The position numbers and the translations under genes were made by a program. From contig DASYKO010000118.1 in assembly GCA_035995285.1 (NCBI GenBank), positions 21,211-85,210 of the forward strand: a stretch of DNA of 64,000 nt, in the 5' to 3' direction. This DNA comes from Hyphomonadaceae bacterium. Its GTDB lineage: Bacteria; Pseudomonadota; Alphaproteobacteria; Caulobacterales; Hyphomonadaceae. Under the pieces are notes generated by a model. The model made no database searches. It saw only the letters and a program-made list of their open reading frames with translations, and was not told the origin of the DNA. This document shows, in pieces, positions 55,429 to 64,000 of the stretch; position 1 is the first letter of the stretch, and each line of letters begins with the position of its first letter.

Positions 55429-55977
55429 TCATTTTCCGTACCGGTTGCGTTCGAACTGGATCGTCGGTCCGCCATGATAGGTCGTCCGCACGCGTTCGCG
55501 AAAGCCGTACTTGTTTGCAAGGCGGATGGAGGCGGCGTTGCCGGGATCTATGATGCAGACCTGCTTTGGCGCGTCGAGGATCTTGTCGGCCCAGGAGAGC
55601 GCGGCGCCGACGGCCTCCGTCGCGTAACCCCTGCCCTGGGCTGTGGGAACGAAGGCCCAACCGACCTCGGACTCGCCCTCGAAGCTGGGCGCCATGTCCC
55701 GGCGGGCCTCCATGATGCCGACTTCGCCGATGAGACGTCCGGAGGCTTTCTCTTCGACGGCCCAGAAGCCGTGCCCCATCATCACCCACATGCCGGCATA
55801 GCGCATCATGCGCGCCCAGACTTCTTCGCGCGTGAACGGCTTGCCGCCGATGAAGCGGATGACATCCGGGTCTCGCCACATGGCGGCGCAGAATGGCAGG
55901 TCGCTCACAGAATGCGCGCGCAGGCGCAGTCGGTCTGTTTCTACCAAAGGCGCACGATCAAATCCGCTGGAGGTCAT
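55429..55977 (-). CDS. GNAT-family N-acetyltransferase (RimJ/RimL-like)
   Basis: ETDRLRLR N-terminal motif and a QGRGYATEA acetyl-CoA-binding motif. Overlaps the astB stop by 4 nt. Confidence 0.88.
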   Translation of the reverse strand: MTSSGFDRAPLVETDRLRLRAHSVSDLPFCAAMWRDPDVIRFIGGKPFTREEVWARMMRYAGMWVMMGHGFWAVEEKASGRLIGEVGIMEARRDMAPSFEGESEVGWAFVPTAQGRGYATEAVGAALSWADKILDAPKQVCIIDPGNAASIRLANKYGFRERVRTTYHGGPTIQFERNRYGK

Positions 55978-57332
55978 GCTTTTTGAAACTCATGAATGGG
56001 TCCGAGGTTGAGGGCCTGCCCGATCTCGTCAAGCGCAGCGCGGCTTTCGGTGAGGAGCGCAGGATCAGCAAGGTCGGCGGCGGTGAGCCGGTCACGATAG
56101 TGGCGGCGGACGATGCCTTCCAGGGCGGTGATGCGCGCCTCATCGAGGATGACGCTGGCAGAGAGCGCCGCGCGCTCTTCCTCGGTCAGGACAACGCGAA
56201 GGCGCAGACAGGCGGGGCCGCCGCCGTTGCGCATCGACTGGCGCAGGTCGAAATAGTGCGCCTGCCGGATGGGACCGTTGGAGGCCAGCACGCGGTCGAC
56301 ATAGGCCTTGGCGTTGGGCGTTTCCTCGACCTCGTGAGGAAGGATCAGCGCCATGCCGCCCTCCGGAAGCGTCACGATCTGGGAGTTGAAGAGATAGGAT
56401 TTGACAGCCTCGGCGAGGCTGAGTTCGTCCGACGTCGCCTCCAGCACGTGCAGCTTGAAGCCGGATGCCTTGCAGCGCATGACCAGCTGCTCCAGCAGGA
56501 CGGCGCGGTTCTCGAACGCTTCCTCGTGGCAGAGCAGGACATTCTCATTCGACACTGCGACCACGTCATTGTGGAAAGCGCCAGCCTCGATTGCCTTGCG
56601 CGACTGTTGCGCCAGGATGAAATTGCCCCAGCCCACCCCGTGCGTGGTCGCCACGATGTGCGAGGCCTCGACGGCCTGCCGTGCAAAAGCGCCCGCTGGA
56701 TCCTTCACCAGCGCAGACCTGCCATGCACGAACAGCTCATGGCCGCGTGACCCGTGGCGCTTCGTGATGCGGCACTGGTTCGCCGCGCCCTCGTCTCCGA
56801 AGACAGCGAACGGAACCGGATCGTGGACCTTGAAGTGTTTCTCGTTCGCGAAGATCGCCCGGAGCACGCGCGTCGTGGTTTCGGCTTCGATGGAACGGTG
56901 GAGGTGCGATGAGAGATTAGCAGGGGTGAAGTGGGCGCGCCCGTCCGCCGTGTCGGCCGAGGGTGAGACTGTTGCTGCGTTCGCCGCCCACATGGCCGAA
57001 GCGGAGCTGACATTGGCGAGCAGCATGGGCGAGGCGGCGTGCGCCGCGCTCAGCACTTCGGCGTCGCTGCCGGAGAATCCCATCTTGCGGAGGCTTGGGA
57101 TATGGGGACGTTCGTGCGGCGGCAGGACGCCCTGCACCAGGCCCATGCCGATGAGCGCGCGCATTTTGGCGAGGCCCTGAAGGGCAGCTTCGCGCGGGTT
57201 CGAGACATTGCCCTGGTTCGTCGCGGAAGCGACATTGCCGCGTGCGAGGCCGCCATAGTTGTGCGTGGGGCCGACGAGGCCGTCGAAATTGACCTCGATG
57301 GCCCCATCTTTGCTGTTTATGTCGCTGCTCAC
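55974..57332 (-). CDS. astB: N-succinylarginine dihydrolase
   Basis: EVNFDGLVGPTHNYGGLARGNVAS motif. Start placed at GTG 57332, overlapping the astD stop (GTGA). The track ORF extends further upstream in the same frame. Confidence 0.9.
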   Translation of the reverse strand: MSSDINSKDGAIEVNFDGLVGPTHNYGGLARGNVASATNQGNVSNPREAALQGLAKMRALIGMGLVQGVLPPHERPHIPSLRKMGFSGSDAEVLSAAHAASPMLLANVSSASAMWAANAATVSPSADTADGRAHFTPANLSSHLHRSIEAETTTRVLRAIFANEKHFKVHDPVPFAVFGDEGAANQCRITKRHGSRGHELFVHGRSALVKDPAGAFARQAVEASHIVATTHGVGWGNFILAQQSRKAIEAGAFHNDVVAVSNENVLLCHEEAFENRAVLLEQLVMRCKASGFKLHVLEATSDELSLAEAVKSYLFNSQIVTLPEGGMALILPHEVEETPNAKAYVDRVLASNGPIRQAHYFDLRQSMRNGGGPACLRLRVVLTEEERAALSASVILDEARITALEGIVRRHYRDRLTAADLADPALLTESRAALDEIGQALNLGPIHEFQKA

Positions 57333-58810
57333 GAGCGGAAGCCGACGATGGGTTCGTCGTCGCTGACCGGACCGGGCGCGATGAGGCTCGCCATCGGCCA
57401 GGCGGAATAATCCGCCGCGTAATAGCCTGCGGGGCGATGATTTCCGGATTGGCCGGCGCCGCCGAAGGGCGCTGCGCCCGAAGCGCCTGTCGTCTGACGG
57501 TTCCAATTGAGCACGCCGGCGCGGACTTCCGTCTCGAAGCGATCGAAGAGTTCTTCGCTGTCTGAGATCAGCCCCGCAGCGAGGCCGAACCTCGTATTGT
57601 TCGCCTCAGCCAGCGCGGCATCGAAATCCGGGACGCGGATCACCTGCAGGATCGGGCCGAAGACTTCTTCATCCTTGCGCGCGTTGATCGCGGTGACGTC
57701 GATGAGACCCGGCGAGAGGAAAGCGGGCCCGAGCGAGATGCGCCGCGTCTCGCGGATGGCGACGCCGCCCGCGCCTAGCCACTCGGCCTGTGCGGCGATC
57801 ACGGCGTCTGCGGCCTTCGCCGAGATCAGCGGGCCGATGAAGGGCTGGGAGATGGCGTCAGGCTGGCCGACGATGATGCTGTCGATCGCGTGGGTGAGCG
57901 CTGCGATGGCCGCATCGCCCTGCGCTCCTGTGCGGATGATCAGGCGGCGGGCGCAGGTGCAACGCTGGCCCGCGGTGATGTAAGCGGACTTGACGATGAT
58001 GCGCGCCGCAGCGTCGAGATCCGTCGCATCCCACACCACCAGCGGATTGTTGCCGCCAAGTTCGAGCGCGAGGATCTTCTCCGGCTTGCCCGCCAGCGCC
58101 TTGTGGATCGCCTTGCCCGCCGGCACGCCGCCGGTGAAGAGCACGCCATCGACGCCGTCGTGTGCGACCAGCGCCTCGGCAGGGCTGCGCGCGCCCTGCA
58201 CGAGATTGATGACGCCTGGGGGAATCCCCGCCTCTTCCCACAACCGTATCGTGAACTCGGCAACCTCCGGCGTCTGTTCGGACGGTTTGAAGATCACCGT
58301 ATTGCCAGCGATGAGCGCGGGCATGATGTGGCCGTTGGGAAGATGGCCCGGGAAGTTGAACGGGCCGAGCACGGCCATCACGCCGTGCGGATGGTGGCTG
58401 ATCCGCGCCGTGAAGGCGCCGGCGGAGGCTTCCTTCGTCGGGGTGCGCTCGGCGTAGGCTCTCACCGAAAGATCCGCCTTGCCGATCATCGCGCCGGCTT
58501 CGGTGGCGGCGTCCCACATCGGCTTGCCTGTGGAGCGGGAAATCACCGCGGCCATGTCGGCCTTGCGGCTCTCGACCAGCTTGGCGAAGGCGCGGACGAT
58601 GGCGATCCGCTCCTCGATCGGCCGGCGGCGCCAGTCCGGGAAAGCCTTGCGCGCTGCATCCACGGCGCTGTCGACGTCCGCGTTGGACGCCTCCCGGCCG
58701 CGCCAGATCTCAGCCTCGTCTGCCGGGGCGATGGAGGCGAAATAGCCGCCCTGCCCGCTGATCCAGCGGCCATCGATGAAGCACTCGCCGGTGAATGTGG
58801 GAAAGCTCAT
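57329..58810 (-). CDS. astD: N-succinylglutamate 5-semialdehyde dehydrogenase
   Basis: 493-aa aldehyde dehydrogenase (ELGGNNP, GQRCTC) located between astA and astB. Confidence 0.92.
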   Translation of the reverse strand: MSFPTFTGECFIDGRWISGQGGYFASIAPADEAEIWRGREASNADVDSAVDAARKAFPDWRRRPIEERIAIVRAFAKLVESRKADMAAVISRSTGKPMWDAATEAGAMIGKADLSVRAYAERTPTKEASAGAFTARISHHPHGVMAVLGPFNFPGHLPNGHIMPALIAGNTVIFKPSEQTPEVAEFTIRLWEEAGIPPGVINLVQGARSPAEALVAHDGVDGVLFTGGVPAGKAIHKALAGKPEKILALELGGNNPLVVWDATDLDAAARIIVKSAYITAGQRCTCARRLIIRTGAQGDAAIAALTHAIDSIIVGQPDAISQPFIGPLISAKAADAVIAAQAEWLGAGGVAIRETRRISLGPAFLSPGLIDVTAINARKDEEVFGPILQVIRVPDFDAALAEANNTRFGLAAGLISDSEELFDRFETEVRAGVLNWNRQTTGASGAAPFGGAGQSGNHRPAGYYAADYSAWPMASLIAPGPVSDDEPIVGFRS

Positions 58811-59811
58811 GCCGAGCGCTCCCGCGTGCGGTAGACGAGAAGCTGGTCCGCGCCGCTGGCGCCGAGGCGTGCGACGGCTTCGCTGCGAGGTTCGCCGCTG
58901 CCGAACTGGGTCGCGGCGAACTTGGCCAAGCTCGCGGTGGAGACAAGGCCGCGGGGTCCCGGATCACCGGCCGCGAATTCTGCGGCTGACATGCGCAGGG
59001 CGCTGCGCACGATATCGATATGATCGGTGAAGGCCTCGACCGAGGGGCCTGCGTCGAAGATGTCCACCACGTTGTTGTAGTGGAAACCCTGGCTCTTGAG
59101 CATGGCGAGCGCCGGCTCGGCATCCGGATGCGGGCGGGCGATGCAGGCGCGGGCTTCGGCCGGAAGCAGGTCGGCGTAGATCGGATAGCGCGGCATCAGG
59201 TCGGCGATGAAGCGGTGGTCGCGCGCGCTGCGAGCATCGGCCTTGCGATAATCCATCTTGAAGAACTTGTGGCCGACAGCATCCCAGAACGGCGAGTTAC
59301 CCTCGCCATCGGTGAAGCCACGGATCTCGGCCATCGCCCTGGGTCCGAACCTCACCGGATCAGCGGCGATGAGAAGCAGGCGCGCAAACGACAGCAGCCT
59401 GCCCCGCCCGCCGCCGCGCGCGTCGCGCTCGATGAACAGCGTGCCGAGTTCGGTGTCGCCATGGTAGTCGTTGACCAGATGCAGCAGGTCGAGCTCGACC
59501 TTCACGTTCAGCTCAGGCGAGAGCTTCGAGTCACGCGAGATGCGGTAGGAGTAGAAAGGCCGCTCGTAGCCAAGATTGGTGAACAGGCTGGCGACGCCCA
59601 GAAGCTTGCCCTCTTCTTCCATCACCAGGAAGTAGCACTCGTTCTCCGGCGGCGCGGAAGGGCGGGTAAAGGCGGCGAGCGACTTCTCGATGCGCTGGGC
59701 CATTGCCTCGCGCGATTGCGGCATGGTCAGCATGCCGGGGTCGACACGCGTAATCATGTCCTCGAGGCGGTCGAGGTCCTGCCGGTTTGCGGGGCGAACG
59801 ATTGCGGCCAT
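58807..59811 (-). CDS. astA: Arginine N-succinyltransferase
   Basis: MAAIVRPANRQDLDRLEDM... and FYSYRISRD motifs. 334 aa. Overlaps astD by 4 nt. Confidence 0.9.
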   Translation of the reverse strand: MAAIVRPANRQDLDRLEDMITRVDPGMLTMPQSREAMAQRIEKSLAAFTRPSAPPENECYFLVMEEEGKLLGVASLFTNLGYERPFYSYRISRDSKLSPELNVKVELDLLHLVNDYHGDTELGTLFIERDARGGGRGRLLSFARLLLIAADPVRFGPRAMAEIRGFTDGEGNSPFWDAVGHKFFKMDYRKADARSARDHRFIADLMPRYPIYADLLPAEARACIARPHPDAEPALAMLKSQGFHYNNVVDIFDAGPSVEAFTDHIDIVRSALRMSAAEFAAGDPGPRGLVSTASLAKFAATQFGSGEPRSEAVARLGASGADQLLVYRTRERSA

Positions 59812-59872
59812 GGGCGGGAGGCTAAGTCTATTTTTTCAATATAGGGAAGCGCTTTGGGGTTTGCCTGCGCTC

Positions 59873-61021
59873 CTAGCCTTCTGCTTCCAGCTGCGCCAGT
59901 GTCTGGCGGCCGAAGAGTTCCACGGCGGCGCGAAGATCATTGGGGAGAATCCCGCCTCCGCCCGACGCCTTGACGTAGAACCGGTCTTCCACCAGCCGGC
60001 CATAGCTGCCGCTTTTGGAGGAGTTGTTCCAGTCCTCGACCACGATGGCCTCGGCCACGCGGCGGCGGCGCGAATAGCCGTCGGAAGTCTCGCGGTCGTA
60101 TTCCGATGTGGCGGGGCCGCCAAAGCCGATCTCCCTGGCGATGGTCGGAGAGAGTGTCAGCTGCAACATGATATAACGGCTGCCGCGGCGGTATTCCGCC
60201 TCGACCTGCACGTTACGCGCGCCGCCGACCCCGCGCTTCTCTGCGCTGACGGCCACGCGGTCGAGATTGGCGATCTTGGGCGGCGTCGTTCCGCGCAGGT
60301 CTTCTCCCACGGGGACCGCAGGCGCACCTGCTGCAAGCTCGCCCGCAGAGTCCGGCAACGGTTCGGGGCTGAGATCGAGGGCTGCGCCTTGCGGTACGTT
60401 CCCGAGCTCAGCGGCGCGCAAGGCAGTCATCGTCGGAAAAAGCGCGCCGGTTGAGGCGGACATCGCCATGGTGATCAGGCCAACGCCAAGGGCCAGCGCC
60501 ACGGCAAGCAGCGCTGCAACGATTGAATAGTTGATGCCTTGCTTGCCTTTCACGTGCATCACCTTCGGGGCGCCAACGAAAAGCAGATACAGGCTGTAGG
60601 TGGCGCCGAGCAGGGCGAACACCCCAAGCGCCGGCGCGATGGTAAGCGCGCCCGCAAGCATGGCGGCTGTGATGGAGTAGGCCGAGAGCTTGAAGGCCTG
60701 CGCATAGCTTTGTTCTCCGCCGAAGCGCCGGGCGAGCCAGTCGAGCATGAGGGCGAAGAGAAAGACGCCCGCAACCGCCAGCACAAAGAATAGCGTCGAG
60801 GAGATGACGACGCCGAACAATGGCGCGCGGTGGAATACGCCGCCCGCTTCTACCCCCAACACCGAAAGGCCGATGATGGTTGCAAACGTCGGGATCGCAG
60901 CCAGGGGCACGACATAGCCGAGCGTCAGCTTGCGCAGTTCCACGGCCTCAAGGTCGATGACATCCCATTCGGCGCTGGGAGAGAGAAGCAGGTTCCGAAC
61001 CCGCTTTATGAGCGCAAGCAT
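59873..61021 (-). CDS. Yip1-domain membrane protein with a C-terminal soluble extension
   Basis: The N-terminal roughly 200 aa has the five-TM Yip1/DUF1282 profile (LLLSPSAEWDVI...). The C-terminal roughly 170 aa is hydrophilic and I do not recognise it. Confidence 0.72.
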   Translation of the reverse strand: MLALIKRVRNLLLSPSAEWDVIDLEAVELRKLTLGYVVPLAAIPTFATIIGLSVLGVEAGGVFHRAPLFGVVISSTLFFVLAVAGVFLFALMLDWLARRFGGEQSYAQAFKLSAYSITAAMLAGALTIAPALGVFALLGATYSLYLLFVGAPKVMHVKGKQGINYSIVAALLAVALALGVGLITMAMSASTGALFPTMTALRAAELGNVPQGAALDLSPEPLPDSAGELAAGAPAVPVGEDLRGTTPPKIANLDRVAVSAEKRGVGGARNVQVEAEYRRGSRYIMLQLTLSPTIAREIGFGGPATSEYDRETSDGYSRRRRVAEAIVVEDWNNSSKSGSYGRLVEDRFYVKASGGGGILPNDLRAAVELFGRQTLAQLEAEG

Positions 61022-61223
61022 ACAAGGCTCTCCCGACCGCTCCCCAAGTGCAGCTTAGCGCCGAAAACGGCCCGTAAAGCCCCTCATCCCCGCCAGGCCT
61101 TTGATAGTAAGCGACATTACATCCCACTGGCGAGTCATCACGGCGCAGTGTATGAGGAGGAAACTCGGGAGTTTCGGGCGCGGATCAGAGACGCCCGTTT
61201 CTGACATTTTGGGAGCATTGGAC

Positions 61224-62885
61224 ATGGACGCAGCAGCCGCCCAGCCCGCCCGCCGTGAAGCAACACCGCAGGAAAAGCGGCTGACCTTCATCGCCATCAT
61301 GATCGTCTTCCTGCTCAGCGCGCTGGACCAGACGATCGTTTCGACGGCGATGCCGACCATCGTTTCGGAGCTGAAAGGCCTCGACCTCTATCCGTGGGTG
61401 ACGACGATCTACCTCCTCACCTCCACGGTGATGGTGCCGATCTGGGGCAAGCTGGGCGACCTCTACGGCCGCAAGCTGATCCTGATCTGGGGTATCCTGA
61501 TCTTCGTCGCCGGCTCCTGGCTGTGCGGCATTGCCGGTGAGTTCGGCGACATGCCGATCGTCGGCGGCGGCATGATGCAGCTGATCGTGTTCCGCGGCAT
61601 CCAGGGCATCGGCGGCGGCGCGCTGTTCACGACGGCCATGGCGACGATTGCCGACCTGTTCACTCCGCGCGAGCGCGGCAAGTATTTCGGCCTCTTCGGC
61701 GCCGTGTTCGGCCTGTCCAGCGTGATCGGCCCGATCGTCGGCGGCTATTTCACTGACCATGGCAGCGCCGACATCCTCGGCATGCATGTCGCGGGCTGGC
61801 GCTGGGTGTTCTACATCAACCTGCCGACCTCGATCATCGCGCTCCTGCTCATCGGCATCAAGATGCCGAACCTCGGGCACACCGGCGGCGGCAAGATCGA
61901 CTATATCGGCGCGGTCCTGGTGGTCATCTCCATCGGCGCGCTGATGCTTGGCCTGTCGTGGGGCGGACAGAAGGGCTGGACGTCTCCAACAGTGCTTGGC
62001 CTCTTCACTGTGGCCTTTGCGGTAGGCGCAATCTTCCTGCTGGTTGAGAGCAAGGAGAAGGAACCGATCCTTCCCCTGCCCCTGTTCAAGATAAAAGCCT
62101 TCACCACGGCGAACATCGCCTCGGTCATCATCTCCATGGCCTTCATGGGCACCATGGTCTACCTGCCGCTCTACCTGCAGTTCGGCCTTGGTATGCAGGC
62201 GACCAACTCGGGCATGCTGCTCCTGCCATTGATGGCGGGCCTCATCGTCTCGGCGACGCTGTCGGGCCGGTTGGTGACAACGACCGGCAACTACAAGGTG
62301 CTGATGTTCACCGGCGCCGCTTTCCAGATCCTCGGCTTCTACCTGATGGCGCAGCTTCACCCCGGGTCCGGCACGTACGACGTGATCTGGCGCATGTTCA
62401 TCCTCGGCATCGGCCTGGGGCCGGCGCAGAGTCTGTTCAACATGGTCTCGCAGAGCGCGGCTCCGGTCCACCAGATCGGCGTCGCCACATCGACCGGCAT
62501 GTTCCTGCGCCAGACCGGCGGGATGGTGGGCGTTTCGGTCCTCGGCGCGATCCTGCAAACCAAGCTGTCGGAATCCGGGGCCATGCCGGGCGGCGGCAAG
62601 TTCGACATGGCGGTGATGGAAAAGTTCGCCATGGCAGCCAAGGCAAAAGGCGGCGGCCCTATCAAGATACCGCCTGCGATCGCACAAGCGTTCACGGACG
62701 CGATGAGCTACATCTTCATCGGCGCCCTGTTCATCGTCGTGGTGGCGGTCGCGGCGATTTACTTCATTCCGCAGATCACACTGCGCGGGCGGGGTCCGGG
62801 CCAGAACCTGGAGAAGGCTGTCGAGGGCGTGGCGCCTGAGGGGCCGATCACCCGGAACGCGCCTGCGACGGGCGCCGCCGACTAG
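61224..62885 (+). CDS. MFS efflux transporter, DHA2 (EmrB/QacA) family, 14 TM
   Basis: LSALDQTIVSTAMPTIVSEL motif. Start moved to ATG 61224, which has GGGAGC upstream. Confidence 0.9.
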   Translation: MDAAAAQPARREATPQEKRLTFIAIMIVFLLSALDQTIVSTAMPTIVSELKGLDLYPWVTTIYLLTSTVMVPIWGKLGDLYGRKLILIWGILIFVAGSWLCGIAGEFGDMPIVGGGMMQLIVFRGIQGIGGGALFTTAMATIADLFTPRERGKYFGLFGAVFGLSSVIGPIVGGYFTDHGSADILGMHVAGWRWVFYINLPTSIIALLLIGIKMPNLGHTGGGKIDYIGAVLVVISIGALMLGLSWGGQKGWTSPTVLGLFTVAFAVGAIFLLVESKEKEPILPLPLFKIKAFTTANIASVIISMAFMGTMVYLPLYLQFGLGMQATNSGMLLLPLMAGLIVSATLSGRLVTTTGNYKVLMFTGAAFQILGFYLMAQLHPGSGTYDVIWRMFILGIGLGPAQSLFNMVSQSAAPVHQIGVATSTGMFLRQTGGMVGVSVLGAILQTKLSESGAMPGGGKFDMAVMEKFAMAAKAKGGGPIKIPPAIAQAFTDAMSYIFIGALFIVVVAVAAIYFIPQITLRGRGPGQNLEKAVEGVAPEGPITRNAPATGAAD

Positions 62886-64000
62886 CTAGCGGATGATGCG
62901 GTAGAGCTTCAGCGGGCCTTCGATCGCGACAGGATCGAGCCAAGTGGGGTGAGCGCCCTCGGCCAGCTGCCAGGACAGCGTCTGTTCGGGCGCGACACCT
63001 TCGGCTGCGTGGCTGGCGTAGAAGCGCGTTTCGGGAAGCCCCGGGCAGATCAGGACGTAGTCGGCAACCGAGCGCGTGACGATTGAGCGCGCTGCATCCG
63101 GGCTGGTGCGCATTGCCTGGATCATGGTCATCGTGCCGGCGACGTCGCGATGATAGGGGCCGGCGAGAACGGAGTGCTCCGTCCACACCAGCACGTTCGC
63201 GCCGATGGTGAACTGGTTGAGCATCACGCCTTTAGGGACTGCATTGAGCGCACGGAAGGCGGCGGGTGTCGCGCAATCGTCGGAACTTTCCACGCGAGCC
63301 TGATAGTCGGCCATCACGGCCTTGGGCGTGATGCGGGCCTGCAATGCTCCACCCGCGCTGGCCCAGGCGGCGGCGGCTGACGAGGCGGCGATGCCTGCGA
63401 AGGCCAGCAGCCGGATAGCGGAAGCCTTCGAGCGATAGTCGCGCCGGGCCTTTGCGACGAACCAGGCGCCGAACGGCAGGGCAAAGGTGGTTGCGAAGGT
63501 GGCGCCGCGGATTTGCCAGGCGAGAACGGCCCACGAGAAGAGAAGGAAGCTGAGCACGATCCAGCCTTCATGATCGCGCCAGCGTCGGCGCAGATAGAAG
63601 AACGCGGCGATCAGGCCTGCGAAGGCCGCGCCCGCTGTCGTCAGCAGCAAGCCGGAATTGTCGGCGAGGAGATCGGCGAGCGAGCGGGTCTCGGAGATCT
63701 GCGCCATCCAGAGCCGGTTCATGTCGGCGCTCATCGCCGCGTAGCCGCCGCCGAGACAGCCGGGGAACAGCACGATCAAGGCGATCATGGAGGAGAGACC
63801 AAGTACGCCTGCGAGGATGAAGCGGCGGACGAGGTTCGATGTGAGCGACGCGGGCGCTCCTCCGCCCAGCACCATGGCGACTGCGCCGCTGGCAAGGCCA
63901 AGGCCGAGGAAGGGTGTCGACATGGTATCGCAGACCGGGGCGTTCCAGTCATGCGCGGGAACCATGGTTGCAAAAAGTGCGAGCGAGGATGCAGCAAGGC
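62886..64000 (-). CDS. Large polytopic membrane protein with C-terminal periplasmic domain (N-terminus beyond right edge)
   Basis: The frame stays open and hydrophobic upstream of the track start at 63965 (hand-read ...LAASSLALFAT-MVPAHDW). Multiple TM segments are followed by a roughly 150-aa soluble tail. Family not recognised. Confidence 0.7.
   Translation of the reverse strand, partial: LAASSLALFATMVPAHDWNAPVCDTMSTPFLGLGLASGAVAMVLGGGAPASLTSNLVRRFILAGVLGLSSMIALIVLFPGCLGGGYAAMSADMNRLWMAQISETRSLADLLADNSGLLLTTAGAAFAGLIAAFFYLRRRWRDHEGWIVLSFLLFSWAVLAWQIRGATFATTFALPFGAWFVAKARRDYRSKASAIRLLAFAGIAASSAAAAWASAGGALQARITPKAVMADYQARVESSDDCATPAAFRALNAVPKGVMLNQFTIGANVLVWTEHSVLAGPYHRDVAGTMTMIQAMRTSPDAARSIVTRSVADYVLICPGLPETRFYASHAAEGVAPEQTLSWQLAEGAHPTWLDPVAIEGPLKLYRIIR

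Noticed and set aside
26014-62687. Other large shadow ORFs (26014..27261 minus, 34308..35261 minus, 39457..40623 minus, 43405..44430 minus, 46801..47970 minus, 54184..55986 plus, 61185..62687 minus)
   Set aside because: Same reasoning: they lie opposite well-supported genes (cytochromes, narK, nasA, the TonB-dependent receptor, PQQ dehydrogenase, glpK/GNAT, DHA2 MFS). They lack any recognisable domain or plausible start context.
1-64000. Window-wide look for tRNA/rRNA genes, CRISPR arrays, IS elements, integrases, phage or defence genes
   Set aside because: There are no T-loop/acceptor-like tRNA signatures, no regularly spaced 25-40-nt repeats, and no transposase, integrase, nuclease or ATPase gene sets typical of defence islands. 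All sizeable ORFs are accounted for by metabolic, transport or envelope functions.

Overview
High-GC chromosomal segment (by eye about two-thirds G+C, not computed). Gene content suggests an alphaproteobacterium: NasS/NasT, an EcfG-like promoter, and many Tat-exported or lipoprotein periplasmic enzymes. I call 57 protein-coding genes, four of them micro-ORFs below the 60-aa cutoff of the ORF track, plus several terminators, hairpins and repeats. I saw no rRNA, tRNA, CRISPR array, transposase, integrase or phage gene. Modules from left to right: (1) kdp operon (extra micro-ORF, kdpF, kdpA, kdpB, running off the left edge). (2) A Tat-exported PLP aminotransferase, a TonB-dependent receptor and a TauE/SafE exporter. 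(3) A 13-kb sugar-oxidation locus with two GMC flavoprotein/Tat-subunit pairs, two DUF1080 lipoproteins, two xylose-isomerase-like TIM barrels, a Gfo/Idh/MocA oxidoreductase and an NHS-type MFS. It is interrupted by a small membrane-protein operon and by a 1.1-kb lower-GC non-coding spacer full of repeats. (4) A truncated MFS gene, two TetR genes and an orphan 50-aa ORF. (5) An eight-gene periplasmic/membrane cluster, mostly uncharacterised: cytochrome b561, a cytochrome c'-like lipoprotein, a secreted protein whose mature N-terminus is His-His, a Cys-containing periplasmic protein, two paralogous 4-TM proteins, an MBL hydrolase and a PEBP protein. (6) A translationally coupled nitrate-assimilation cluster (nasT, nasS, narK, nirB, nirD, nasA, cobA and a nitrate-reductase-associated protein). 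(7) A second TonB-dependent receptor, a membrane-bound LytTR regulator and a PQQ dehydrogenase. (8) Acyl-CoA and housekeeping genes: hotdog protein, quinone oxidoreductase, M48 peptidase, CoA-transferase, HMG-CoA lyase and a cell-wall amidase. (9) glpK, a GNAT gene and astB/astD/astA, then a Yip1-like protein, a DHA2 MFS and a large membrane protein running off the right edge. Nothing resembles a known defence or mobile system. The best candidates for something undescribed are the periplasmic cluster at 26.1-31.7 kb and the heptamer-repeat spacer at 19.3-20.5 kb. All family assignments come from reading the translations; no database search was possible.
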